In this document: positions 1 to 11,248 of the stretch, piece after piece | Numbering within the stretch: position 1 is the first letter of the stretch | How the letters are laid out: each line of letters opens with the position of its first letter | Notes under the pieces: generated by a model | What the model was told of the DNA's origin: nothing | Database searches by the model: none | The model's input: only the letters and a program-made list of their open reading frames with translations | Made by a program: the position numbers and the translations under genes | Assembly (NCBI GenBank): GCA_963803435.1 | Contig: CAWDML010000001.1 | Coordinates: 32,001-96,000 of the forward strand | Direction: 5' to 3' | DNA: 64,000 bases | DNA from: an uncultured delta proteobacterium | Lineage (GTDB): Bacteria; Myxococcota; Kuafuiibacteriia; Kuafuiibacteriales; Kuafuiibacteriaceae

Positions 1-2
1 GC

Positions 3-341
3 TACCTCGACGCGACCTACCCGACCCAATGGGTGCTCGTCGTCGGCGACTTCAACGACGACCTCGACGTGTCCACCTACCATGGCGCCCCCAGCCCCTT
101 TGCCGACCTGGTTCAGGACACGCGCCATTATCGGTTCATCACCGGGCCCCTCTCGGAGGCCGGGGTGTCCACCACCGTTCATTTCAGCGCCACCATCGAT
201 CACCACCTCGCGACGAACGAGCTGGCGGCCCGAGAGGTCCCTGGCTCCGCTCAGGTGATCCGGCTCGACCGCTTCGTCCCCCGGTACGGCGACGAGGTCA
301 GCGATCACTATCCGGTCCTGTCTCGGTACGATCTGCGCTAG
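3..341 (+). CDS. Endonuclease/exonuclease/phosphatase family protein, C-terminal part (5' end outside window)
   Basis: Open frame from position 3; EEP motifs VVGDFN, IDH and SDHYPV. Confidence 0.85.
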   Translation, partial: YLDATYPTQWVLVVGDFNDDLDVSTYHGAPSPFADLVQDTRHYRFITGPLSEAGVSTTVHFSATIDHHLATNELAAREVPGSAQVIRLDRFVPRYGDEVSDHYPVLSRYDLR

Positions 342-353
342 CGTTTGCGGGCG

Positions 354-536
354 ATGATCAGGCTGTTCGGGTCCGCACCCTCCGGGAACTGCTACAAGGT
401 CCGCCCCCTCCCCACGCAGCTCGGCATCCCCTTCGAGCGACGTCCGATCGACGCAGGCACGGCCTACCTGCCGCAGGACCGCCTCGAGCGCGCGCGCGTC
501 CAGCGCCAGCCCGGGCACATCGGCATCGATCGATGA
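354..536 (+). pseudogene. Internally deleted glutathione S-transferase remnant
   Basis: 60 aa joining a GST-like N-terminus (SGNCYKVR), a mid-protein piece (GTAYLPQDRLERARV) and a C-terminal-like piece (QPGHIGID). Stop overlaps the next ATG (ATGA). Confidence 0.6.
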
Positions 537-1414
537 CCTCTCTCGACCTGGGCCTGGTGCTGATCTCGGCGCTCCTCCACGCCGCCTGGAACGCGGCCGC
601 CAAGACCACCGAGAGCCCGACCGCCTACCTGGCCATCATGGGCGCCGCCACGCTGGTCCTCGGGGCGCCCCTCTTCTTCTACGTGGACCTCGCCCTGATC
701 CCGCGCGTCGTCTGGTGGCTCCTCGCCGGCTCCGGCATCGTCCACACCGCCTACCAGCTCTTCCTCGGCCGCGCCTACGAACAGGGCGATCTCTCGGTGG
801 TCTATCCCATCTCCCGCTCCACGCCGGCCCTCGTCGCCCTGATCGCGATCCCGTTCCTCGACGACCCGGTCTCGACCTCCGGCGCGCTCGGGATCGCGGT
901 CGTCATGCTCGGCATGTGGCTCGTCCACACCAACGGCGTCGTCTCCCTCGCGGCCCTCCTCGCCCCCGGCATCGCCTTCGCCTACCTCACCCTGCTCGCC
1001 ACCGTCGGCTACTCCCTCATCGACAAGGTCGCCATGAAGACCCTCGAAGCCGCCCCCTGGACCACCCCCGTCCCGAAGGCGATCGTCTACTACTACCTCC
1101 TCTCCATCGCCTACATGATCCCCTTCGGCCCCATCGTCCTGAAGCGCGTCCCCACCTCGGTCATCCTCCGCATGCTCCGCACGCGCGCGCTCTTCCTCCT
1201 CTTCGGCCTCGTCGCCAGCTTCGCCAGCTACGTCCTGATCCTCGAAGCCCTCCAGACCGCCTCCGTCAGCTACGTGACCGCCGTCCGCCAGACCAGCGTG
1301 GTCTTCGCCAGCGCCCTCTCCCTCGTCCTCCTCCGCGAACGCCCGACCCGGCCCCGATTGCTCGGCTCGCTGCTCACGGTGGTAGGGGTCGGGTTGATCG
1401 CGCTGGCGACGTGA
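533..1414 (+). CDS. EamA/DMT family membrane transporter
   Basis: About 10 hydrophobic segments; motifs SALLHAAWN, GDLSVVYPISR, YSLIDK, SYVTAVRQTSV. Confidence 0.9.
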   Translation: MTSLDLGLVLISALLHAAWNAAAKTTESPTAYLAIMGAATLVLGAPLFFYVDLALIPRVVWWLLAGSGIVHTAYQLFLGRAYEQGDLSVVYPISRSTPALVALIAIPFLDDPVSTSGALGIAVVMLGMWLVHTNGVVSLAALLAPGIAFAYLTLLATVGYSLIDKVAMKTLEAAPWTTPVPKAIVYYYLLSIAYMIPFGPIVLKRVPTSVILRMLRTRALFLLFGLVASFASYVLILEALQTASVSYVTAVRQTSVVFASALSLVLLRERPTRPRLLGSLLTVVGVGLIALAT

Positions 1415-1464
1415 GCGGCAGGCTCCGCTTCGGATGATGCCGGCTGGGCTCAGCGAGGGCATCG

Positions 1465-2496
1465 CTACGGCCGGCGGGAGATCCGCTCGTCGGAGCCGTC
1501 GCGGACGCGTTCGAGGTAGGCCAGGGTCTTGCGGATCAGCAGGATGATCCGCGCGTTCTCCTCGTGCTTCTTCATCTCGCGGAGCTTGGGGATGGCGCGG
1601 AGGTCGGCGAGGTTGGCGAGGGCGCCGACGGCGGCGCCGCGGACCAGGACGTCGGGTTGGTCGAGCGCGTTGAGGAGGAGGCGCGAGGCTTCTTCGCCGC
1701 CGATGAAGCCGAGGACCTTGAGGGCGCGGGCGCGTTCGAAGGGGTCTTTCGAGCGGAGCGCGGCGACGAAGTACTTCTGTTGATCGAGGTGCTTCTCGAG
1801 CTTTTCGAGGGCTTGACCGGCGGCGAGGGTCACTTCGGGGACGCGTGAGTCGAGCATCTCGACGATGCGTTCGGCGGCAGCGGGAACCTCCATGTCGGCG
1901 AGGGCACGCATGGAGGCGATCTGAACCTTGTAGTCGCCGTGGGAGAGGCCGCGCATGAAGTCGGCGGTGGCTTGCTCCTCCGGGAGCGCGCGCAGCGAGG
2001 AGACAGCGAAGCGGCTGACCTCGTCGACATCGCCGGTGGCGTCGAGCAGGGCCTCCTCGACGGCGGGCGTCATGTCGTCGACCAGGAGCATCGCGGCGCC
2101 CAGCCGCACGGCGGGGCTCGCGTGACGGCGGAGGGCGCGGACGAGATAGGGCCGGATCGCGAGGGCCTCGAAGCGGTGGAGCGAGCGCTCGGCCTCGACC
2201 CGGACGAAGGGCTCCTCGTCGGCGAGCCGGTCGAGAATGGCAGGAACGGCCCGGACGTCGCCGAGCTGGGCGAGCGCGCGCAGCGCGGCGGTGCGCACGG
2301 CATAGTGGGTGTCCTCGAGCGCGCGGGTCAGGGGCTTGCGGGCCCGGATGTCGCGAGAGCGGCCCAGCTGCATCGCCGACTCCACACGCGCCTTCCAGCG
2401 TCCGTCGTCCCGAAGCTTGTCGACCAGCTCGAGGAAGCGCGGGTCGGCCTCGGATTGCCCGGCCAGGGAGAGACACAGGAGCAGCACGGCCGACAC
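1465..2496 (-). CDS. HEAT-repeat (PBS lyase-like) protein with signal peptide
   Basis: Repeated L.D....VR..AA.AL units; hydrophobic N-terminus. Confidence 0.85.
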   Translation of the reverse strand: MSAVLLLCLSLAGQSEADPRFLELVDKLRDDGRWKARVESAMQLGRSRDIRARKPLTRALEDTHYAVRTAALRALAQLGDVRAVPAILDRLADEEPFVRVEAERSLHRFEALAIRPYLVRALRRHASPAVRLGAAMLLVDDMTPAVEEALLDATGDVDEVSRFAVSSLRALPEEQATADFMRGLSHGDYKVQIASMRALADMEVPAAAERIVEMLDSRVPEVTLAAGQALEKLEKHLDQQKYFVAALRSKDPFERARALKVLGFIGGEEASRLLLNALDQPDVLVRGAAVGALANLADLRAIPKLREMKKHEENARIILLIRKTLAYLERVRDGSDERISRRP

Positions 2497-2525
2497 GACG
2501 GCCTATGGTAAGTTACGCGCGCAGG

Positions 2526-3620
2526 ATGGTCTACGCGGGGGAGGAAGACGCGCTCTATCCCATGATCTCCGAGGGCCTGACCTTGTATCGGGCCGGGCGC
2601 TGGTTCGACGCCCACGAGGTCTGGGAGCAGGCCTGGAAGGGTGAGGTCGGTCGCAACAAGGAGACCCTGCGCGCGCTGATCCAGGTGGCCGCGGCCCTGG
2701 TCAAGCACGCCGACGGGAACCCGCGGGGACCGTCGAAGCTGCTGGCCAAGGCGCGGGACACGATGGCTGAGGTGACTTCGGGTTGTGCATCGTGGCTCGG
2801 GATCGATCTGATCGGGCTCAGCGCCGAGATCGATCGCGCGCTGGCCGACGCCGACGCGTTCGCGCGCGGGGAGCGCACCGACCTGCCGCCGCCGCCGCTC
2901 CCGCCGGTGACCGGCCCCGACGGCATCCTCTACCTGCACGGCTTCGCCTCGGGTCCCAGCTCGTTCAAGGCCTCGGTGATCCTGCCGCCGCTCGTGGAGG
3001 CCGGCTACGCCGTGCGCGTCCCCGAACTCGACGAGGGCGACTTCGAGCACCTCACGGTGAGCCGCGCGCTGGCGCTGGCCCGGCGCTCGCTCTGGGATAG
3101 GACGATCGTGATCGGGTCGAGTTTCGGCGGCTACGTCGCCACCCTTCTGGCCGAGAAGGACGAGCGGGTGAAGTCGCTGGTGCTGATGGCGCCCGCGTTC
3201 GACCTGGCCGCTCGCATGCGCGAGCGCTACGGCGAGACCGCGATCGCCGAGTGGCGCTCGTCCGGCCGGACGATGGTCGAGCACTACGCGTTGGGAGGGC
3301 GTCACCCGATCGCGTACACGCTCCTCTTGGACGCGGCGCGCCACCCTCCCTTCCCGAAGGTCCGGGTCCCCACGTATGTGCTCCAGGGCGAGCGCGACGA
3401 CGTCGTCCCGCCCGGCCTGGCGAGCCGCTTTCGCGACGCCGACCCGAGCCACGTCGAGCTCGACCTCACCGACGACGACCACGCGCTGGTCGCGTCGGCG
3501 GAGCGCGCCCTGGCGGCGACCCTCCGGGCGATCGCACGGCTCACCCTCCAGCCCCAGCCGAGGCCCCGAACGATCGATGAGGCGGATGCGCGGCTCGCCG
3601 AGATTGACCGCCTACAGTAG
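2526..3620 (+). CDS. DUF309 domain fused to YqiA/YcfP-like alpha/beta hydrolase
   Basis: N-terminal WFDAHEVWE...ALIQVAAA (DUF309); C-terminal YLHGFAS, GSSFGG nucleophile elbow, G.RDDVV, DDH. Alternative start at 2505. Confidence 0.8.
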   Translation: MVYAGEEDALYPMISEGLTLYRAGRWFDAHEVWEQAWKGEVGRNKETLRALIQVAAALVKHADGNPRGPSKLLAKARDTMAEVTSGCASWLGIDLIGLSAEIDRALADADAFARGERTDLPPPPLPPVTGPDGILYLHGFASGPSSFKASVILPPLVEAGYAVRVPELDEGDFEHLTVSRALALARRSLWDRTIVIGSSFGGYVATLLAEKDERVKSLVLMAPAFDLAARMRERYGETAIAEWRSSGRTMVEHYALGGRHPIAYTLLLDAARHPPFPKVRVPTYVLQGERDDVVPPGLASRFRDADPSHVELDLTDDDHALVASAERALAATLRAIARLTLQPQPRPRTIDEADARLAEIDRLQ

Positions 3621-3622
3621 CC

Positions 3623-4870
3623 GTGAAAAAGGATCTTCCATTGCTCAGGAGAGCTCTCGCGTGCCTCGCCGCGCTCTTGATCGCCTTCGCACCGATCGCC
3701 ACGCTCGAGGCGAAGCCGCGCCCGCGGGGCTCGGCCAAGCTCGATCAAGAGATCTACGGCATCACGACCCGCGCCGAGCAGCTGCTCAACAATCTCGAGT
3801 ACGAGCGCGCCCGGGAGACGCTCGAGCAGAGCGTCCGCAACGCGCGCTACCGGGCGGCGAGCCCCAAGGCGAAGGGCCGACTGTGGGCGCTGCTCGGTCG
3901 GGCGCGCGCTGAGCTCGGCAACACCATGGGCATGGAGGAGGCGTTCCTCGAGGCGGTGAAGTGGGACCGGCGCGTCCACCTCTCGCGATCGACCTCGCCC
4001 AAGATCCTGGACGCCCTCGAGCGGGCCCGCGCCAACGCCCCCGTCCCGGGCGACGAGCCTCCACCGCCCACCAAGCCGCCGCCGCCCCGCGTCGAGCCAC
4101 CGCCGCCGCCGCCGCCCACCAAGCCGCCGCCGCCCACCAAGCCGCCGCCGCCCCGGAGGACACCCCCGCCGCCGCCCACCAAGCCGCCGCCGCCCACCAA
4201 GCCGCCGCCGCGGAGGACACCCCCGCCGCCGCCCACCAAGCCGCCGCCGCCGCCGCCCGCGGTCCCGGTCTCGAAGGCGCCGTGGATCGAGCACGAGATC
4301 CGCGGCACCGTGGCGGTCGGCGAGTCCATCACCTTGGTGGTGAAGCACGGCAATCTCCCGAAGAAGGCCAAGTTCGAGGCGTTCATCAAGCGGACGCAGA
4401 CCGGCGCCTTCCGGCCCCTGGCGATGGTCGTGACCGGGACGGTGGCCACGCGGACCCTCCAGATCGACCGCCCGCGGATCGAGGTCTTCGTCCGCGCCGT
4501 CGTCGGCAAGAAGGTGGTGGCCCAGATCGGCTCGGAGCTCGAACCCATCGTGATCTCGACGGAGAAGCCGCCGCCGTCCCTGGCACAGGCCTGGTCCGAC
4601 ACGCCGCCCGTGACCACCACGGCCACGGTCGCGGCGCGGACGAGCACCACCAGCAATCACGCGCTCTCGCTGCCTCCTCCGCCGCCGCCCGCGGTCGCAG
4701 GGGGCGGTCTGTCCGGCACCGAGATCGCGCTCATCGCCGGCGGCGGTGCGGTCGTCGTGGCCAGCGTCGCCATCGTGATCATCGTGCTCGCCACCCGCAA
4801 GTCGTCTTGCGAGGCGGAGGAGGGATTCGGATGCGTCGAAGTGCAGGTCCTGCCGCTCATGCGATTCTGA
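3623..4870 (+). CDS. Exported proline-rich membrane-anchored protein
   Basis: Signal peptide, TPR-like helical segment, (PPPTK)n linker, beta-rich domain, C-terminal TM helix. Confidence 0.75.
   Translation: MKKDLPLLRRALACLAALLIAFAPIATLEAKPRPRGSAKLDQEIYGITTRAEQLLNNLEYERARETLEQSVRNARYRAASPKAKGRLWALLGRARAELGNTMGMEEAFLEAVKWDRRVHLSRSTSPKILDALERARANAPVPGDEPPPPTKPPPPRVEPPPPPPPTKPPPPTKPPPPRRTPPPPPTKPPPPTKPPPRRTPPPPPTKPPPPPPAVPVSKAPWIEHEIRGTVAVGESITLVVKHGNLPKKAKFEAFIKRTQTGAFRPLAMVVTGTVATRTLQIDRPRIEVFVRAVVGKKVVAQIGSELEPIVISTEKPPPSLAQAWSDTPPVTTTATVAARTSTTSNHALSLPPPPPPAVAGGGLSGTEIALIAGGGAVVVASVAIVIIVLATRKSSCEAEEGFGCVEVQVLPLMRF
4059..4258 (+). repeat. Coding tandem repeat (CCCACCAAGCCGCCG units, with a near-exact ~60-bp higher-order duplication)
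   Basis: Six PTKPPP units; the block ending CGGAGGACACCC occurs twice. Confidence 0.9.
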
Positions 4871-5256
4871 TCCTGGCAGCCGCGCTGCTGGCGTCGTGCG
4901 GTCCCGAGCCCGAGCTGGGCGGGATCCAGATCCGCTTCTCGAGCCGGGCGCTCCTGGAGCGCTCAGCCAACGTCTTCGTCTACTTCTACGGCCCCGAGAT
5001 CCCCTGCTCGCTGGTCCGCCAGACGGTGCCGCGGCCGCCGTCGATCCTCGGCCCGTTCATGGCACCCGTGACACCCGAGGGCCGGGAGCGCGGCATCAGC
5101 TTCACCCGCACCGACATCCCGGTGGGCACCTACGTGGTCTTCGCCGACGCGCAGGACGCCGACGGCGCCAACGTCGGCACCGGTTGCGCCCCCGGGCAGC
5201 AGGTCATCGATCGGGAGGTCTCGCAGATCCAGCTGGTGGTCTCGGAAGGTCCTTGA
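4831..5256 (+). CDS. Putative lipoprotein
   Basis: GGAGG upstream of ATG 4831; MRR...ILILAAALLAS-C lipobox. Confidence 0.7.
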   Translation: MRRSAGPAAHAILILAAALLASCGPEPELGGIQIRFSSRALLERSANVFVYFYGPEIPCSLVRQTVPRPPSILGPFMAPVTPEGRERGISFTRTDIPVGTYVVFADAQDADGANVGTGCAPGQQVIDREVSQIQLVVSEGP

Positions 5257-5328
5257 CTCACCCTTGAGGAGACGACAGTGTCCCGGATTTGGAGGCCCTA
5301 TATCCGGGCTATCCCTCAAGGAAAAGGT

Positions 5329-5529
5329 ATGAAGAAGGACATTCACCCCCGCTACACCGGCGCAACTGTGGTCTGCGCCTGCGGAAATGCCATCGACACC
5401 GCGTCCACCAAGGGCGACTTCCGGATCGACGTCTGCAACGCCTGCCACCCCTTCTACACCGGCAAGCAGCGCCAGGTGGCGGTGGCCGGCCGCGTCGAGA
5501 AGTTCAACAAGAAGTACAAGCGCCGCTAG
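5329..5529 (+). CDS. rpmE: 50S ribosomal protein L31 (zinc-binding type)
   Basis: [37 protein letters not shown]. Confidence 0.97.
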   Translation: MKKDIHPRYTGATVVCACGNAIDTASTKGDFRIDVCNACHPFYTGKQRQVAVAGRVEKFNKKYKRR

Positions 5530-5554
5530 CTCGTCCCAGTACAATCAGCGTCAG

Positions 5555-6610
5555 GTGTCTTCCCCCGAAAAACCGTACGTCGGCGGCCAGGCCGTCATCG
5601 AGGGCGTGATGATGCGCGCCCCTCGATCGATGGCCGTGGCCGTGCGCCGGCCCGACGGTTCGATCGTGGTGCGCGAGGACGCCTGGATCTCCATCTGGGA
5701 GCGCCTCCGCTTCCTCCGGTGGCCACTCCTCCGCGGCGGCGTGGTGCTGGTCGAGTCGCTCTACAACGGGATCCAGGCCCTCAACTTCGCGGCGGCGCAG
5801 CTCGCCGAGGACGGACCCGACGAGGGCGCCGAGAGGCGCCGAAGCCGCGGGTCCACGGGCGGGACGATCGCCCTCTCCTTCCTGATGGCCATCGGCCTGT
5901 TCGTCGGCCTCCCCCACCTCATGGCCTGGGGCGCGGGCGCCGCCGTCGGCCGCAACCTGGACGTCGACACCTTCGCCTTTCACGGGCTCGACGGCTTCTT
6001 CAAGATCCTGATCTTCGTCGGGTACATCGCCGGCATCTCGATGATCCCGGAGATCCGGCGCGTCTTCCAGTACCACGGCGCCGAGCACAAGGTCGTCAAC
6101 GTCTACGAGAACGACCTCGAGCTCACCGTCGACAACGCGCGCCGCTTCACCACGTTCCACGCGCGCTGCGGCACCAGCTTCATCCTCTTCGTGCTGGTGC
6201 TCTCGATCTTCATGTTCGCCGCGGTGCTCCCGTTCGTCCCCAAGGTCTCGGACATCACCGCGGTCAACCACCTGGCGATGATCGCGCTGAAGATCCCGCT
6301 GATGCTTCCGCTCTCGGGGCTCGCGTACGAGATCAACCGCTACGCCGCCCGCCACCCCGGCGCGTTCTGGGTGCAGGGGCTGGTCCTCCCCGGCAAGCTG
6401 ATGCAGAAGCTGACTACGCGCGAACCGTCCGACGATCAGCTCGAGATCGCGCTGGCGGCCATGCGTGCCGCCCTCAAGCGCGAAGCCGAGCTGAAGAGCG
6501 TCGACCTCGCGGCCGCCCGCACCATCGCGCAGGCGCAGCCGCTCGGCGGGCAGGTCCTCGTGTTCAAGGACTACGAGGCCGCCGCCCAGGCGATCTCGGC
6601 CGGTCACTAG
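5555..6610 (+). CDS. DUF1385 membrane protein
   Basis: VGGQAVIEGVMMR, VFQYHGAEHK, HARCGTSF, TTREP; usual position between rpmE and prfA. Confidence 0.9.
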   Translation: MSSPEKPYVGGQAVIEGVMMRAPRSMAVAVRRPDGSIVVREDAWISIWERLRFLRWPLLRGGVVLVESLYNGIQALNFAAAQLAEDGPDEGAERRRSRGSTGGTIALSFLMAIGLFVGLPHLMAWGAGAAVGRNLDVDTFAFHGLDGFFKILIFVGYIAGISMIPEIRRVFQYHGAEHKVVNVYENDLELTVDNARRFTTFHARCGTSFILFVLVLSIFMFAAVLPFVPKVSDITAVNHLAMIALKIPLMLPLSGLAYEINRYAARHPGAFWVQGLVLPGKLMQKLTTREPSDDQLEIALAAMRAALKREAELKSVDLAAARTIAQAQPLGGQVLVFKDYEAAAQAISAGH

Positions 6611-6658
6611 CTTCGCTCCGCACGTCTCCCCCCCACTCCCCCGAAAATCGAGGCCGTC

Positions 6659-7746
<1,088 letters not shown>

Positions 7747-7750
<4 letters not shown>

Positions 7751-8637
7751 AGACGTGGAAGATCCTCGAGGTCCTCGACTGGACGAAGGGGCACTTCGAG
7801 AGCAAGGGCCTCGACTCGCCCCGCCTCGACGCCGAGGTCCTGATCGCGTACGCGCTCTCGCTTCCGCGCGTGATGCTGTACGCCAAGTTCGATCAGCCGC
7901 TGGTCGACGACGAGCTGGCGAGGATCCGGGAGCTGGTGGCGCGGCGCGCGCGCGGCGAGCCGGTAGCCTACCTCGTGGGAGAGCGGGAGTTCTGGAGCAA
8001 GACCTTCGCGGTCAGCCCGGAGGTCCTGATCCCGCGGCCCGACTCGGAGACGCTGGTCGAGCTGGGCCGCGCGGCGATGAAGGGCCGCACCGCCCCGATC
8101 GTGGTGGACGTCGGGACCGGCTCGGGCTGTCTGGCCGTGGCGCTGGCCGGCGAGCTCCCAGAGGCACGCGTCTACGCGCTCGAGCTCTCCCCCAGCGCCT
8201 GCGCGATCGCGCGGCAGAACGTGGAGAGGAACGACGTGCGCGTCTCCGTGGTGGAGAGCGATCTGCTCTTGCGGCTCCCCGAGGAGGCGCGGCCGATCGA
8301 TCTGCTCGTGGCCAACCTCCCCTACGTCCCGAGCGATCGGATCGCGTCGCTCATGCCGGACGTGCGCAGCTTCGAGCCGCGCCTGGCCCTCGACGGCGGA
8401 GCGGACGGGCTCGACCTCTATCGGCGCCTCATCCGGGAGGCGGCCACCTCGATGGCCGTGGACGGCACGGTGCTCCTGGAGGCCGATCCGGCGCAGCTGC
8501 CCGAGCTGGCACGGCTGCTGGAACAGGCCGGCTTCTCCGAACCGACGTCCGCGAAGGATCTGGCGGGGCGCGAGCGCGCCATGTGCGCCACCTGGGTCGA
8601 CCGGGCGGCGCTCGATCGTGTAACCGGTGCAGGATGA
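7747..8637 (+). CDS. prmC: Release factor glutamine methyltransferase
   Basis: GEPVAYLVG, VLIPRPDSE, DVGTGSG, NLPY, EPRLALDGG; ATGA overlap with prfA. Confidence 0.95.
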
Positions 8638-9272
8638 CACTGCCGCTCCGCATCGGGCTCCCCAAGGGACGCGTCTTCGATGCGGCGCGCGCGCTGTTCG
8701 AGCGCGCCGGTGTGGATCTCTCCACGGTCGTCAACGCGGATCGCCGCCTGGTCCATGCCATTCAGATCGAGGGCATCGGCCCCGCCGAGGTGCTGGTCCT
8801 CCGGGCCTCGGACGTGGCGGCCTACGTGGAGGGTGGCGTCTGCGCGCTCGGTGTCGCAGGCTACGACACGATCGTGGAGCAGAGCCCGGATGTCCTGATG
8901 CCCCTCGACCTCGGCTTCGGCGCCTGCCGCATGTGCGTGGCCGGCAAGCTGGACGTGGACCCGTTCGCCCTCGAGACACCGCGCGTCGCCACCAAGTACC
9001 CGCGCATCGCTGCCGATCACTTCCTGGATCGCGGGACGCCGGCGCGGGTCGTGCAGCTCTCGGGCGCGGTCGAGATCGCGCCGCTGGTCGGGCTGGCGGA
9101 CGCCATCGTCGACATCGTGGAGACCGGCGAGACGCTGCGGAAGAATGGGCTCGAGGTGAAGGCCACGCTGTTCGAGATCTCGTCGCGCCTCGTCGTCAAC
9201 CGAGCCGCCCTCAAGCTGCGAATGCGCGCAATGCGAGACCTGATGGACCGACTGGAGGAGTCGCTGTCGTGA
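8634..9272 (+). CDS. hisG: ATP phosphoribosyltransferase, short form
   Basis: LPKGR, VATKYP, GAVEIAP, DIVETGETLRKNGL; 212 aa with no C-terminal regulatory domain. Confidence 0.95.
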   Translation: MTLPLRIGLPKGRVFDAARALFERAGVDLSTVVNADRRLVHAIQIEGIGPAEVLVLRASDVAAYVEGGVCALGVAGYDTIVEQSPDVLMPLDLGFGACRMCVAGKLDVDPFALETPRVATKYPRIAADHFLDRGTPARVVQLSGAVEIAPLVGLADAIVDIVETGETLRKNGLEVKATLFEISSRLVVNRAALKLRMRAMRDLMDRLEESLS

Positions 9273-10593
9273 GGGAGGTGCTGGCCACCACCGCGCCCGA
9301 CTTCGAGGCTCGCTTCGCCGCGATCCTGGCCCGCGGCGACTCGAGCGACGGCGAGCTCGAGGATCGGGTCGCCGCGATCATCGAGGCGGTCCGGACCCGG
9401 GGAGACGCCGCCCTGGTGGAGCTGACGGCGGAGCTGGACGACCGCCCCGGTGTCACGCTCCGCGAGCTGGTGGTGCCGCAGAGCCAGTTGCAAGTTAGCT
9501 TGCAAAACCTCCCGACCGAGGTGAAGGGCGCCCTCTCCCGAGCGGCCGGGCGCATTCGGGCCTTTCACGGCCTCCAGCGGGCGCAGATCGACGACACCAT
9601 CCTCGACGACGGCCGCGGCCTGCGCGCCGAGCTCCGGGTGCAAGCGCTCAGCTCGGTCGGGATCTACGTCCCGGGCGGCACGGCGGCGTACCCGTCGACC
9701 GTGCTGATGAATGGGATCCCGGCCAAGGTCACCGGCGTGCCCGAGGTCGCCATGACCACGCCCGCCAAGGGCGGAAAGCTCGCGCCGGCGGTGCTGGCCG
9801 CCGCCTGTCTGGCCGACGTCGACCGCGTGATCACGGTCGGCGGCGCGCAGGCGATCGCGGCGCTCGCGTTCGGGACCGAGACGGTGCCGCGCGTCGACAA
9901 GATCGTGGGGCCGGGCAACGCGTACGTGGCCGAGGCCAAGCGCCAGGTCTTCGGCCGGGTGGACATCGACCAGATCGCGGGTCCCTCCGAGGTGCTCATC
10001 ATCGCCGACAACAGCGCCGATCCCCGGCTCGTCGCCGCCGATCTGCTGGCACAGGCCGAGCACGACGTCCACGCCGCCGCTCTCGCCGTGGTGTGGTCGG
10101 AGCCGCTGGCGGAGGCGATCGCAGCGGAGCTCGAGGTGCAGCTGGCGGCGCTGCCTCGGAGCGAGATCGCCGCGGGCCGCGATCGAAGCGCGCGGCGGCG
10201 TGATCCGCGCGCGCGATCGGGCGGAGGCGATCGAGCTCGCAAACCGCTACGCACCGGAGCACCTGGGCCTTGCGGTCGACGCGCCCCGCGAGATGCTGGA
10301 GGAGATCCTCCACGCCGGCGCGGTCTTCCTCGGACACTACACACCGGAGGCGCTCGGCGACTACAACGCCGGCGTGAACCACGTGCTCCCGACCGCAGGC
10401 ACCGCCCGCTTCGGCTCGCCGCTGTCGGTCCACGACTTCGTGCGCCGGATGAGCGTGCTCTCAGCGGACCGGAAGGCCGTCTGCCCGGATCGGCCCGGAT
10501 GCGGCCCTGCTGGCACGCGTGGAGGGGCTCGAGGCCCACGCCCGCGCCGTCGAGATGAGGACCAATGATGGGAAAGAAGAAGAAAAACGGTAG
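9269..10593 (+). CDS. hisD: Histidinol dehydrogenase, split by two apparent +1 frameshifts (~10175, ~10482)
   Basis: GIYVPGG, KIVGPGNAYV and AQAEHD in the first frame; YAPEHL and NHVLPT in the second; EGLEAHARAV in the third, ending at TAG 10593. Confidence 0.92.
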
Positions 10594-11248
10594 GACCGCC
10601 CACGAGGACGAACCGAAGCTGCCCGTGCCGATCGCCCGGGTCGAGGCACACCGCGATCCGCGCCGCGGCTCGGTCAGCCGCACGACCAAGGAGACGGACG
10701 TCCGCGTGCTGCTCGACATCGACGGGAACGGCACGCACGAGATCGACACCGGGATCCCGTTCTTCGACCACATGCTGTCGACGTTCTCGCACCACAGCCT
10801 CTTCGATCTGCAGGTCTTCGCGCGGGGTGACGTCGCCGTGGATCCGCACCACACCGTCGAGGACGTCGGCCTCTGTCTGGGGCGCGCCCTGCTGGATGCG
10901 CTCGGCGATCGCTCGGGCATCAACCGCTACGGCGAGTCGACCCGCCCGTTCGACGAGGCCTTGGTGCGGAGCTACGTGGATCTGTCGGGCCGGCCCTCGT
11001 TCGTCTACCGGGTCGAGATCCCGGACGGGCGCATCGGGAGCTTCGACGTCGAGCTGGCCCAGGTGTTCTTCTCGGCGCTCGCCAACGAGGCCAAGATGAA
11101 TCTTCACCTGATCCTCGAGTACGGTCACAACCGCCACCACATCGTCGAGGGCTGCTTCAAGACGCTCGCGTTCGCGCTCCGCCGGGCCACGGAGGTCGAC
11201 GCGCGACGCGCGCTCACGGTGCCGTCGACCAAGGGCAACCTCGATTGA
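10565..11248 (+). CDS. hisB: Imidazoleglycerol-phosphate dehydratase
   Basis: RTTKET, TGIPFFDHML, HHTVED, NRHHIVE, PSTKG. Confidence 0.96.
   Translation: MMGKKKKNGRTAHEDEPKLPVPIARVEAHRDPRRGSVSRTTKETDVRVLLDIDGNGTHEIDTGIPFFDHMLSTFSHHSLFDLQVFARGDVAVDPHHTVEDVGLCLGRALLDALGDRSGINRYGESTRPFDEALVRSYVDLSGRPSFVYRVEIPDGRIGSFDVELAQVFFSALANEAKMNLHLILEYGHNRHHIVEGCFKTLAFALRRATEVDARRALTVPSTKGNLD

Noticed and set aside
540-1340. Strongly C-rich plus strand as foreign DNA
   Set aside because: Explained by hydrophobic codons ending in C in a membrane protein gene.
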